This document shows, in pieces, positions 43,808 through 60,513 of a stretch of 64,000 nt of DNA. The stretch is from assembly GCA_046597055.1 (NCBI GenBank), contig JBKJLC010000222.1:1-64000 (forward strand). The letters are read 5' to 3'. A program made the position numbers and the translations under genes. The stretch comes from Kofleriaceae bacterium (GTDB lineage Bacteria; Myxococcota_A; Polyangia; Haliangiales; Haliangiaceae). A model generated the notes under the pieces. The model searched no databases and was not told the DNA's origin. It worked only from the letters and a program-made list of their open reading frames with translations. Within the stretch, counting starts at the first letter, position 1, and the number at the start of each line of letters is the position of its first letter.

Positions 43808-43929
43808 CCTGCCGTCGACGCTCGCCACCGACCTGACACCGACCTCCGAGCCCGCCGCCACGTCCCGATGAACAGGGGCGATCGCGACCGGCGTCGCGGC
43901 CACCCGGGCTCGGGCGGATCCAGCCGGCC

Positions 43930-44394
43930 TCAACGGATCACGAATGAGAGCCGCGTCCGCGTCACGCCGTCGAGCCCGGGCTCGAGCTGCTCATCCGCGC
44001 CGGCGACGGTCGCGCGCCAGAAGTCGAGCGCGCTGGCGTTTTCGGGACGGACGGTGAACGTCCACGGGCCCGGGCGGGTCGAAAACATCGCCCGCGCGGC
44101 CGCGTCGCCGACGCCCGCCCGGCGGGCACCGGCCACGACGAAGAACTCCTCGACGTGCCAGCGCCCGCCGTCGTCGCGTCTCACCAGCGCGAAGCCGAGC
44201 GGCCTGCGCTGGTCTCCGAGGAACAGGAACGCCGCGCGCGACGCTCGATCCCGGTAGTCGGGCAGCTCGTCATAGACGAACAGGGCGTCCTCGCCGATCG
44301 ACGCGGGAAGGAGCGCGCTCCACTCGTGCATGTAGAGCTGGAGCAGGCGCCCGAGCCGGGCGTCGTCGGCGTCGACCTGGACCAGCTCGACCAT
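43930..44394 (-). CDS. GNAT family N-acetyltransferase
   Basis: LGFALV, VEEFFVVAGARRAGVG, GPW..TVRPENASALDFWR. Confidence 0.88.
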   Translation of the reverse strand: MVELVQVDADDARLGRLLQLYMHEWSALLPASIGEDALFVYDELPDYRDRASRAAFLFLGDQRRPLGFALVRRDDGGRWHVEEFFVVAGARRAGVGDAAARAMFSTRPGPWTFTVRPENASALDFWRATVAGADEQLEPGLDGVTRTRLSFVIR

Positions 44395-44526
44395 CGCGAA
44401 CCCAGGATGCCACACGGGGCCGGGCTGACACCGGACGGCGCGCGCCCCGTCCGACGTCTGCCAGGTAGTCGCGCCGTCAGCTCCCGCGCAGGGGTGACGG
44501 CGCGCTCGGCCACAGCGCCGCGCCGG

Positions 44527-52323
<7,797 letters not shown>

Positions 52324-52536
52324 GATCCCTCTGCGGCGCGGGCGAAGGTCCAGAGCGGGAGCCGCGTCTCGCGCGCCTCCCTCCGAGGCACGTCCACGCA
52401 GTCCCGCAGCTGCCGAATCCGGCTCGGAGCGTAACACCGCGCGCGACGTCGTCACGACGCGGCGGCCGCGAAAACGCGAGTGACTGCCGCCGGCTTCGCC
52501 GGGTGAGAGCCGCACGCACCGTGGTAAGCAAACGCC

Positions 52537-53310
52537 GTGGTGCCGGTCGAACCGCTCGCTGACGTCCTGTACGAAGACGCCGAGCTGATCGCGGTGGCCA
52601 AGCCCGCGGGAGTCGCGGTCGTGCCCGAGCGCGACGAGGCGGCGACCGCGTGTCTGCGCCACCAGCTGGAGGCCGCGCGTGGTGAGCCACTGTGGGTGGT
52701 CCACCGCATCGACAAGGACACGTCGGGGCTCGTCCTGTTCGCGCGGTCGGCCGCCGCGCACCGGTGGATGAACGACGCGTTCGCCGAGCGGCGAGTCGCC
52801 AAGCGCTACGTGGCATTCGCAGCCGGCGACCTGCCGGGCGAGCGAAGCGTGGACCTCGTGCTGGTGCCGGCGCGGCGGGGCAAGGCCCGGCCGGCGGCGG
52901 CGGGCGAGGCCGGGGGCAAATCCGCGGTCACGCATCTGCGGGGCGTGCGGCGGTGGCGGCGGGGCGATGATGTGGTGACGCTGTGCGAGGCGCGGCCCGT
53001 CACCGGACGGCATCATCAGATCCGCGTGCACCTGCGCAGCCTGGAGGCGCCGATCCTGTTCGATCCGCTGTACGGGAAGCGGACGCTGCGCGGGGCTTAC
53101 GAAGGCGCGCCGGCCGGGCGGCTGGCGTTGCACGCGGAGGCGATCGAGCTGCGGCGGCCTGACGGGCGGGTGCTGTCGGTGGTCGCGCCGTGGGCGGCGG
53201 ATCTGATCGCGCTGCGTGGGTGGCTGGATGGGACGTGGACGGAGGTGGGGACGGAGAGGGACGGGGAGATCGGGACGGAGATGGCGAACGAGAAAGAGAC
53301 GAGTTCATGA
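52537..53310 (+). CDS. RluA-family pseudouridine synthase
   Basis: VLYED..LIAVAKPAG, VHRIDKDTSG catalytic motif, TGRHHQIRVHL, PILFDPLYG, LALHA. Confidence 0.95.
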   Translation: MVPVEPLADVLYEDAELIAVAKPAGVAVVPERDEAATACLRHQLEAARGEPLWVVHRIDKDTSGLVLFARSAAAHRWMNDAFAERRVAKRYVAFAAGDLPGERSVDLVLVPARRGKARPAAAGEAGGKSAVTHLRGVRRWRRGDDVVTLCEARPVTGRHHQIRVHLRSLEAPILFDPLYGKRTLRGAYEGAPAGRLALHAEAIELRRPDGRVLSVVAPWAADLIALRGWLDGTWTEVGTERDGEIGTEMANEKETSS

Positions 53311-54287
53311 AGGCATGGGTGCTCGATGTGATCGCGTGCGCGGCGTGCGGTGGCCGGCTGGCCGGCGCGGGGCTGCTGCTGGCGTGTCGCGGCTGCGGCG
53401 CGCGGTATCCGCTGCTGGCCGACGTACCGGTGGTGGTGCCATCGCCCGCCGACTACCTGGCGGGTTATCGCGACGCGACCCTGGCGACCCTGGCCAGCCA
53501 CGGCCAGGCCACCCGCGCCGCGGTCGAGGTGGTCGACGCCTTTGCCGAGGCGGTCGGGCGCACCGAGCCGCTGGCGTTCGGCGACGACTGGGTCGGTCGC
53601 GAGGGCGGCGCGATGCCGGCGCCGGCCGGTGACGACGGGGCGGCGCGCGCGTTCGCCGGGTTCCTCGCCCAGGCCCGCGGCATCGACGACGCGATCGTCC
53701 GGCTGTGCGGCGACCGCGCCGGCACCGTGGTCGAGATCGGCTGCGGCGCCGGCACCCTCGCCCGCCAGCTGGCCACGCGCGCCGAACGCCTGCTGGTCAC
53801 CGACCTGTCCCTGCGCGCGGTCCTGCGTACGACCGAGACCGCGGGCATGACGGGCGCCCGTCGACCTCGCGGCGGGGCGAACCGGGGTGGGCCGCGAGGA
53901 CGCGCCGCGCCGGCGGCCCGGCCGAGCGCCGACCTTGCCGGGGCTGTCGTCGACGCCGACGCGCTGGCGCTGCGGCCGCGCTCGGTCGATCTGATCGTCG
54001 CGGCCGAGCTGATCGATCTGCTCGCCGCGCCCGACGACTTCCTCGAGTCGGCCGCGGTCGCGCTGCGCGCCGGGGGCCGGCTGGTCCTGGCGACGCCGGA
54101 TCCCTCGCTCGGCACCGGCGACGACGACGCGCTCGGCACGCGGCTGCGCCACGGCGGATGGACGATCACCACCGAGGACCGCGGCGTCGCGTGGGTGCGG
54201 CCGCACGGACCGCGCCACTATCAGGTCTACTTCGCGGACGTCATCGTCGCGACCCGGGGGCCGCGTCGCCGCACACCGCGCCGCTGA
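53307..54287 (+). CDS. Class I SAM-dependent methyltransferase with N-terminal Trm112-like zinc ribbon
   Basis: LDVIACAACGG.L.....LACRGCGARYPL.ADVP; VVEIGCGAG motif I; ATGA-coupled to the RluA gene. Confidence 0.85.
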   Translation: MKAWVLDVIACAACGGRLAGAGLLLACRGCGARYPLLADVPVVVPSPADYLAGYRDATLATLASHGQATRAAVEVVDAFAEAVGRTEPLAFGDDWVGREGGAMPAPAGDDGAARAFAGFLAQARGIDDAIVRLCGDRAGTVVEIGCGAGTLARQLATRAERLLVTDLSLRAVLRTTETAGMTGARRPRGGANRGGPRGRAAPAARPSADLAGAVVDADALALRPRSVDLIVAAELIDLLAAPDDFLESAAVALRAGGRLVLATPDPSLGTGDDDALGTRLRHGGWTITTEDRGVAWVRPHGPRHYQVYFADVIVATRGPRRRTPRR

Positions 54288-54299
54288 CCGCGCCGGGCG

Positions 54300-54746
54300 T
54301 CAGTGCTCGCGATCGGGGCCGTGATCGTGATCCGGCCCGTGGTCGTGATCGTGGTCGTGGTTGCAGCCGGGACCGTGCTCGTGCTCGGCCTCGTGCGCGG
54401 CCATCTCCTTCTTGACCACCTCCATGTCCAGGCCCTTGGCCTTCTCGACCAGCTGATCGAGCGCGGCCGCCGGCAGGGCACCCGACTCGCGGTAGAGGAG
54501 GACCCCATCGCGGAACAGCATCAGGGTCGGGATCGACTGGATCCCGGCGGCGGCAGCGAGCTCTTCCTGAGCCTCGGTGTCGATCTTGCCGAAGGTGATG
54601 TCACCGTGCTTGTCCGAGGCGGTCTCGAAGACCGGCGCGAACATCTTGCACGGGCCACACCAGTCGGCCCAGAAGTCGAGCAGGACGATGCCGTCCTTCT
54701 CCACGGTGGCCTGAAAGTTCTCGAGGTTGATCTCGACAGTCGCCAT
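54300..54746 (-). CDS. trxA: Thioredoxin with His/Asp-rich C-terminal tail
   Basis: DFWADWCGPCKMF, IQSIPTL; tail HEAEHEHGPGCNHDHDHDHGPDHDHGPDREH. Confidence 0.9.
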   Translation of the reverse strand: MATVEINLENFQATVEKDGIVLLDFWADWCGPCKMFAPVFETASDKHGDITFGKIDTEAQEELAAAAGIQSIPTLMLFRDGVLLYRESGALPAAALDQLVEKAKGLDMEVVKKEMAAHEAEHEHGPGCNHDHDHDHGPDHDHGPDREH

Positions 54747-54847
54747 GACGGACCTTTCGCTGCGTCGGCGGACGACGAAGAATTCGGCGGCCGGTTCGCC
54801 ACCATACTGCGCACGTGCTGGGTTGTCCGCCCGATTTCGGCCCGGTT

Positions 54848-55525
54848 TCAGCCCAGCCAGCGGCGCGCCAGGGACCGCACCCGGTAGCGCGCCCGCACGT
54901 CGGCGATCGGCTCGGACCACCGGTCCTCCCACCGCACGGCGAGCAACGGCGCGGCGTCGCGCCCGACCTCGTACGCCTCGCGCAAGGAGTGCCGCAGCGC
55001 CCCCCAGCGCTGCTCGAGCACGATGTGCTTGACCGACCCGAACAGCACCACCATCGCGGACACCGGGAGGCGCAACTGCCCCCACGAGAAGGCGTGGATG
55101 ATGACCTCCTCGTGGCCGGTGATCCCGAGGCCGAGCAGCACGTGCCAGACGTCATGGGTCTGACGAAACCGGCGCATGAGGTACGCCATCTCCTCGTCCT
55201 CGACGTGGCGGGTGCGGGCCGCCTGGTAGTCGGCGGTGATGCCGTTGTCGTCGAGATGCCGGGCGTAGGCACCGCCGAGCGTGGTCGCCGGCGAGCGGCG
55301 CAGCGCGTCGAAGTCGACCACCTCGCTCGACAGCTCGGGACGCTCGGCGAGGATGCGCCGCCCCTCGGGATCGCCCCGCATCCACGCGACCAGCTTCCGG
55401 TAGGCCGGCCGCCCGGTGATCTCCTCGACCCGATGGATCTCGTGGGTCTTCGTCGAGTCGGCGAGGACCCGGACGACGGCGCGTCCGACCAGGTAGCCAT
55501 CACGCACCGTGTCGGCGACTGCCAT
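54848..55525 (-). CDS. Coq4-family protein
   Basis: PEGRRILAERP, TLGGAY, YLMRRFRQTHDVWHVLLG....HEE (HDxxH-x11-E), VRWEDRW. Confidence 0.85.
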   Translation of the reverse strand: MAVADTVRDGYLVGRAVVRVLADSTKTHEIHRVEEITGRPAYRKLVAWMRGDPEGRRILAERPELSSEVVDFDALRRSPATTLGGAYARHLDDNGITADYQAARTRHVEDEEMAYLMRRFRQTHDVWHVLLGLGITGHEEVIIHAFSWGQLRLPVSAMVVLFGSVKHIVLEQRWGALRHSLREAYEVGRDAAPLLAVRWEDRWSEPIADVRARYRVRSLARRWLG

Positions 55526-55568
55526 GAGGATGAGCGTGGCTCGCCCGGCCGGCAGGGTCAACCGCGAG

Positions 55569-56894
55569 TCACTCGCAGGGCAGCGCGCAGCGAACGTCGA
55601 GGCTGGTATCGAAGGGCAGCAACCGGTCGCCCAGCTCGGCCCGGACCGCGACCAGGGGGCCAGGACAGGCGAGGTCGTCCACACCAGCGCGCAGGCACGG
55701 CGTGCCGTCCGCATGACCGGCGGCGCCGCACCAGGGCAGCGCGGCGATCGACACCCGCTCGCCCGAGGGCAGCTCCCGCACCAGCTCCGCCGTACACTCG
55801 GCCTGCACACCGGGCACCAGCGGCACGCGATCGAGCTCGTCGTCGAAGCAGACCGCATCGCCGACGAGCGGACGGGCGTTGCCGAACAACAGGAACGCCT
55901 GGACCCAGTCGGTTTCGGCGCACACGTCGACCGGGGTGCTCGTGTCGAGCGCCGCGAGCCCGGCCAGGCGCGGTGCCGGCCCCACACCGGCCCCACTCGC
56001 GCAGACCGTGGCGAGCTTCGGCCCGGGCGCGACCAGGACCTCGGCGCGCCCCGACACCACCGCGAAATGCACCAGGCGCGCATCGCCGTAGGCGGTCCGT
56101 TGGATCAGGTGCGCGATCGTGGCCTGGACGTCGACGAGGCCGCCATCGCTGCGCGCGACACAGTTGGTGCGGGGCCCGGGCGCGGCCGGGTCGGCCGGGT
56201 CGCAGCGGACGCCACGGGCAAAGCACTGGAAGTCGACCGCGGCCTCGACATCGGCGGCGCCGGCCACACCGGCCAGCACGCCGGGTTCGACCAGCGAGCA
56301 GTCGTCGCTGTCGGTGATGATCGCCACCAGAAGCCGTGCGTGCTCCCGGCGGAAGCCATCGTTGGCGGGCTGGCTGCCGTCGAGCGCGAGCGTCGCAGCA
56401 GCCAGTGGCTGACTGACGGGACAGGTCGACCGCGGCACGTCGAGCAGGCACGCGAACGCGTCGGTGAGCTCGCCCGGGTAGTTGCGCACGTGGCTGTCGT
56501 CGTTCAGCCGTCGGTCGGTCAGGAACGCGCCGGTGAGGCCGCAGCGGGCTCCGCCCTGCATCGCCCCCGGCGCGCGCGGGGCCTCGCAGCCGGGCACGGC
56601 GGCGGCACCGAGATCGCTGGCGACCACGCCCACGTGCATGTCGATGCCACCTTCGCGAGCGAGCAAGGCGACCTCGCGCAGGTTGGCCGCCAGCGTGGGC
56701 GTCTGGTCGGCCATCGACGGGGAGACGTCGACCACGAACAGAACGTCGAGCGCCGCCGGTGGATGGATCGGCCAGACGAGCCGCTCCTCGATGGCGCAGA
56801 CCTGCGGCAGCTCGTCCGCGGTGTCGGCGTCGAGACAGGCGCCGAGCAGCAGGACTGCCAGCCAGGCAAGGAGCGCAGTGAAGCAGCGCGACAT
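55569..56894 (-). CDS. Cys-rich vWA-domain lipoprotein (myxobacterial type)
   Basis: LGAC lipobox; LDVLFVVDVSPSM MIDAS, HVGVVASDLG, GFRREHARLLVAIITDSDDCS. Confidence 0.82.
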   Translation of the reverse strand: MSRCFTALLAWLAVLLLGACLDADTADELPQVCAIEERLVWPIHPPAALDVLFVVDVSPSMADQTPTLAANLREVALLAREGGIDMHVGVVASDLGAAAVPGCEAPRAPGAMQGGARCGLTGAFLTDRRLNDDSHVRNYPGELTDAFACLLDVPRSTCPVSQPLAAATLALDGSQPANDGFRREHARLLVAIITDSDDCSLVEPGVLAGVAGAADVEAAVDFQCFARGVRCDPADPAAPGPRTNCVARSDGGLVDVQATIAHLIQRTAYGDARLVHFAVVSGRAEVLVAPGPKLATVCASGAGVGPAPRLAGLAALDTSTPVDVCAETDWVQAFLLFGNARPLVGDAVCFDDELDRVPLVPGVQAECTAELVRELPSGERVSIAALPWCGAAGHADGTPCLRAGVDDLACPGPLVAVRAELGDRLLPFDTSLDVRCALPCE

Positions 56895-56907
56895 GACAGC
56901 CCCGTAC

Positions 56908-56923
56908 TGCAACCGACGTACCT
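56908..56923 (-). promoter_or_regulatory. Putative sigma54 promoter
   Basis: AGGTACGTCGGTTGCA (GG-N10-GC, TTGCA), 13 nt before ATG 56894. Confidence 0.62.
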
Positions 56924-57024
56924 GTCGGCGCCGAGAGGTTGCAGCCAGTTGCCGAGCTCCGCGCTGCCAACATGCGTGCGACCGCCAACCGCGTTGGCGG
57001 GCGGCTCGTCTACGATGCCGGCTC

Positions 57025-57774
57025 GTGCCGCTCTCCACCGACGAGCTGATCGTCCTCGCGCTCGTGCTCGGCGCCGGCAGCTTCGTCGAGGCGGTCGCGG
57101 GCTTCGGCGGCACCGTCCTCGCGCTCTCGCTCGGCGCGCGCTGGTTCACGATCGAGCAGCTGCTCGGCTGGTTCCTCCCGATCAACCTGATCTTGTCGAC
57201 CACGCTCGCGGTGCGCGGGCGCCGGTCGATCGAGGGCCACCTGCTCGCGACCCGCATCCTGCCCATAATCCTGATCGGGCTGGCCGGTGGCACCGCGCTG
57301 GCGTGGGTGGTCGACGCCCAGCGGGCGCGCGCCCTGTTCGCCGGCCTGGTCATCGTGGTCGCGCTCGCCGAGCTCGGTGGTCACCTCCGCGCCGGCGAGC
57401 GTCGGCCCCCACCACCCACGATCCAGCGCGGGCTGCTGCTCGGGGCCGGCGTGATCCACGGCCTGTTCGCCACCGGCGGACCCCTCGCGGTGGCCGTGAT
57501 CGCGCGGCTGATCACGACCAAGGCGGCGCTGCGCGCCACGCTTGCCGTGATGTGGCTGACGCTCAACGTGATCGTGCTGGCCCGCCTGGCCAGCCGCGGC
57601 CACCTCACCGCCACCACGCTCACGGTGTCGGCGCTGCTGCTCCCTGCGATGCTGACCGGCCTCGGCGTCGGCGAGCTCGTACATCACCGGGTCAGCGAGC
57701 ACGGCTTTCGCCGCGCGGTCGCCGTGCTCCTGCTCGTCACCGGCGTGCTGCTGCTGCTCGCGTCGCTGCGGTGA
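57025..57774 (+). CDS. TauE/SafE family sulfite exporter
   Basis: FVEAVAGFGG, HGLFATGGP, about 8 TM helices. Confidence 0.87.
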   Translation: MPLSTDELIVLALVLGAGSFVEAVAGFGGTVLALSLGARWFTIEQLLGWFLPINLILSTTLAVRGRRSIEGHLLATRILPIILIGLAGGTALAWVVDAQRARALFAGLVIVVALAELGGHLRAGERRPPPPTIQRGLLLGAGVIHGLFATGGPLAVAVIARLITTKAALRATLAVMWLTLNVIVLARLASRGHLTATTLTVSALLLPAMLTGLGVGELVHHRVSEHGFRRAVAVLLLVTGVLLLLASLR

Positions 57775-57868
57775 CCGGGCCGCCACCCCGACGGCGCCGC
57801 CAGCGATCTGCCGGGTCTTGCGCGAAACTGCGCGACCGCGACGAGCCCGAGGACGCTACCAACAAGGC

Positions 57869-58432
57869 ATGCAACCACGGTTCATGCTGGCCGGCCTGTG
57901 CCTCGCGACCGTCCTTGCGCCCGGCTCGGCTGGCGCCGACGCGCGTCGGCACGCCGCCCACGGCATCCTCGGCGTCGCGACCCCGGTCGGTACGCTCGGC
58001 GGCGAGCTCGAATGGATGGTGGCCGACGAGCTGAGCCTGTCCGGAGGCATCGGTGTGTCCGGGTCCGGGCCGCAGATCGCCGTGATGCCGCGGTACCAGC
58101 TCCCGGTCGGGACGCGCGCCTGGCTCGGGCTTGGCCTCGGGCTGTCCGGCGGGCCGTACACGTGGAAGGAATTTTGCCTGGGCGGGTCCGGCTGCACCGA
58201 GCGGACGGCGACCTTCGCCCTCTGGGGCAACGCCGAGCTGTCGGGCGCCTGGCAGTGGCGCAACGGCATGAGCCTGCGGATCTTCTTGGGCGTCGGGCAG
58301 GTCCTCAACCCGGGCGCGCTGACCTGCGACTTTTACGATCGCTCCAACTACTGCAAGGCCGAGGACGAGGCGTCCGGCGAGCGGTTGCCCTCGTTCGGGC
58401 TCGCGTACGGCGGCGCGTTCGGCCCGCGCTGA
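57869..58432 (+). CDS. Secreted / small outer-membrane beta-barrel protein
   Basis: Signal peptide (AGA), alternating amphipathic strands, Cys-paired loops, FGLAYGGAF near the C-terminus. Confidence 0.7.
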   Translation: MQPRFMLAGLCLATVLAPGSAGADARRHAAHGILGVATPVGTLGGELEWMVADELSLSGGIGVSGSGPQIAVMPRYQLPVGTRAWLGLGLGLSGGPYTWKEFCLGGSGCTERTATFALWGNAELSGAWQWRNGMSLRIFLGVGQVLNPGALTCDFYDRSNYCKAEDEASGERLPSFGLAYGGAFGPR

Positions 58433-58660
58433 GGAGACGAGCGCCCGGCTGTGACGCCACGCGCGCCGGCGGTCATTCCGACGGGGCCGCGGCCAGCGTC
58501 TGCTCCGCCGCGGCCAGCTCGTCGGCAGACATCCGCCGGTAGTACTGGCCAGCCAGCGCCTCGTCATCGATCTCCGGCGCTGCAGGGGCAGCAGTCTCGG
58601 CGATCGCACGCGGGGACCCACGGGCGGCCGCGCGCCCACCGTCCCGAAGGGGAGATATAG

Positions 58661-58689
58661 GTGACAACGTAAACTTTACGTCGTACATC
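58661..58689 (+). promoter_or_regulatory. Promoter GTGACA-N17-TACATC with a palindromic operator (likely TetR autoregulation)
   Basis: Perfect ACGTAAA-C-TTTACGT at 58667-58681 in the spacer; GTG start 7 nt after the -10 element. Confidence 0.7.
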
Positions 58690-58696
58690 TTCACTC

Positions 58697-59329
58697 GTGG
58701 GTCGTGCCGCGCTGACCGCCGAGGACCATGCCGCCTTCCGTCGGGCGATGCGGGACGTCGCGACCCGCCGGTTCGCCGACCACGGCGAGCGCGGCGTGAC
58801 GATGCGAGGGCTCGCCGAGGACCTGGGCTGCAGCCCGATGACGCCGTACCGGTACTTTCGCGACAAGGACGAGATCCTCGGGGTGGTGCGCGTGGCCGCC
58901 TTCGAGGCATTCGCCATCGCGCAGGAGCTCGCGTTCGCCACCGAGCGGCACCCGGTGCGCCGGCTGCACGTGCTGGCCCGCGCCTACGCGACGCACGCGC
59001 TCGCCCACGCGGATGAGTACCGCGTGATGTTCCAGCTCGTGCAACCGGAACGCGACAGCTCCGACCTCGGCCGCGTCGTGCGCCGCGGCTGGCTGCCGTT
59101 GCGTACGACCGTGGACGAGGCCATCACCGCCGGCGCGATCGCGGGCGACCCCGACGAGCTGGCCCACGTGTGCTGGGCCGCCCTGCACGGGCTGGTCACG
59201 CTGCACCTCGCCGGCAAGCTGCGGCTCGGTCGCGAGCTCGAGCACCTGATCGTTCCGATGATCGACCGCCTGTGCGGCGTCCGATCATCAGCGCGCAAGC
59301 CGACCCCACCCCGAAAGAGATCGCGATGA
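58697..59329 (+). CDS. TetR/AcrR regulator with WHG-type C-terminal domain
   Basis: VTMRGLAEDLGCSPMTPYRYFRDKDEI; CWAALHGLVTL. Confidence 0.92.
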   Translation: MGRAALTAEDHAAFRRAMRDVATRRFADHGERGVTMRGLAEDLGCSPMTPYRYFRDKDEILGVVRVAAFEAFAIAQELAFATERHPVRRLHVLARAYATHALAHADEYRVMFQLVQPERDSSDLGRVVRRGWLPLRTTVDEAITAGAIAGDPDELAHVCWAALHGLVTLHLAGKLRLGRELEHLIVPMIDRLCGVRSSARKPTPPRKRSR

Positions 59330-59766
59330 GCAACCTTTCCCGTTTCCTGGCGTACGCCGCAGCCTTCGAACAGACCTACCTCGACGACGACTGGAGCCGG
59401 CTCGCGCCGTTCTTCACCGAAGACGCCGTGTACGAGGTGACCGGCCTGGGCAAGCCGTACCTGCTGAGGGGTCGGGACGAGATCTTCCGCGGCATGCGGC
59501 GCTCGCTCGACGGCTTCGACCGCCGGCTGGACGGCCGCGAGATCGTGCCGTCGGCGCCGCCGTCGGAAGTGGATGGACGGGTGAACCTGACCGGCGTGGT
59601 CCGCTACCGCCGGGCCGGCGCGCCCGACGGCGAGCTCGCAGCCACGATCGTCGCGGTGTTCGACGGAGATCGTATCTGCCACATGCACGACACGTTCACC
59701 CTCGATCACCCTGCGATAATCTGGCTCGCCACCCACGCCGCCGACCTCGACGGCTCGTACGCCTGA
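59326..59766 (+). CDS. SnoaL/NTF2-like protein
   Basis: DDWSRLAPFFTEDAVYEV......GRDEI; F.GDRI...HD; ATGA-coupled to the TetR gene. Confidence 0.85.
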   Translation: MSNLSRFLAYAAAFEQTYLDDDWSRLAPFFTEDAVYEVTGLGKPYLLRGRDEIFRGMRRSLDGFDRRLDGREIVPSAPPSEVDGRVNLTGVVRYRRAGAPDGELAATIVAVFDGDRICHMHDTFTLDHPAIIWLATHAADLDGSYA

Positions 59767-59991
59767 GCGCCGTGCCAGGCACCAGTGCACCGCAGACGCT
59801 GCCGCGCACTCGCGCGATCCATTGAGGCTGCCGATCATCGAACCTGCCCGATCGTGGTGCTCCTCGGACCGCACGAGCGCGGTCCCTGCCGGACGGCCCG
59901 AGGTCGGCCAGGCGGCATTCGCTGGCAACCAGTCGCTACCGCCGAGAACACCGGCACTCGCCGCCCCGCCGCGCAGTACCGTGGCGTCCCC

Positions 59992-60372
59992 ATGCGCTCC
60001 GCCGCCGTCGCCCTCGCCCTCGTCGCACTCGCCGCTTGTGGCGACAGCTCGTCGTCGCGAACCGTCGACGCGGCGACCGGCGGACCCGCCATCGCGGCCT
60101 GCGCCGACGTCGACGCGACCACGCTGACCAGCGCCACGATCGACGACCTGGTCGCGCGGTACCAGGGGCGCGCCTGTACGAGCCCGCTGGCTGGGGGCGA
60201 CCGGGGCCTCCAGCAGGAGTGTCAGTACGGAGCCCAGCTCTCGGTCTGCGGCCAGAGCGCGGGGCTCGCCCAGCTCGGCTGCCGGTGCGAGGAAGGGGGC
60301 CTGTTCTGCTCCAACGGCGAGGCCATCAAGGCCGGGCAAGAGCGCCTGTGCGGCGATGCCGGCGTAGAGTGA
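59992..60372 (+). CDS. Small Cys-rich lipoprotein
   Basis: MRSAAVALALVALAAC lipobox; eight further Cys. Confidence 0.78.
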   Translation: MRSAAVALALVALAACGDSSSSRTVDAATGGPAIAACADVDATTLTSATIDDLVARYQGRACTSPLAGGDRGLQQECQYGAQLSVCGQSAGLAQLGCRCEEGGLFCSNGEAIKAGQERLCGDAGVE

Positions 60373-60513
60373 CACCGCGCCGACGCCCCGGGGCGCGCTG
60401 GGCATCTGCATCAGGAGCCCGCATGAGCCGAGGATCGCACCCCGGCAGCCCATCACTGAACGGCCCGTCCGCGCGCCGGCGCACCGTGCCGGGTGCGCCG
60501 GCGCAGGCTCACG

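Noticed and set aside
53230..53305. Purine-rich GGACG(G) repeats at the 3' end of the RluA gene
   Set aside because: Short imperfect low-complexity repeats encoding a disordered tail; no further evidence of function
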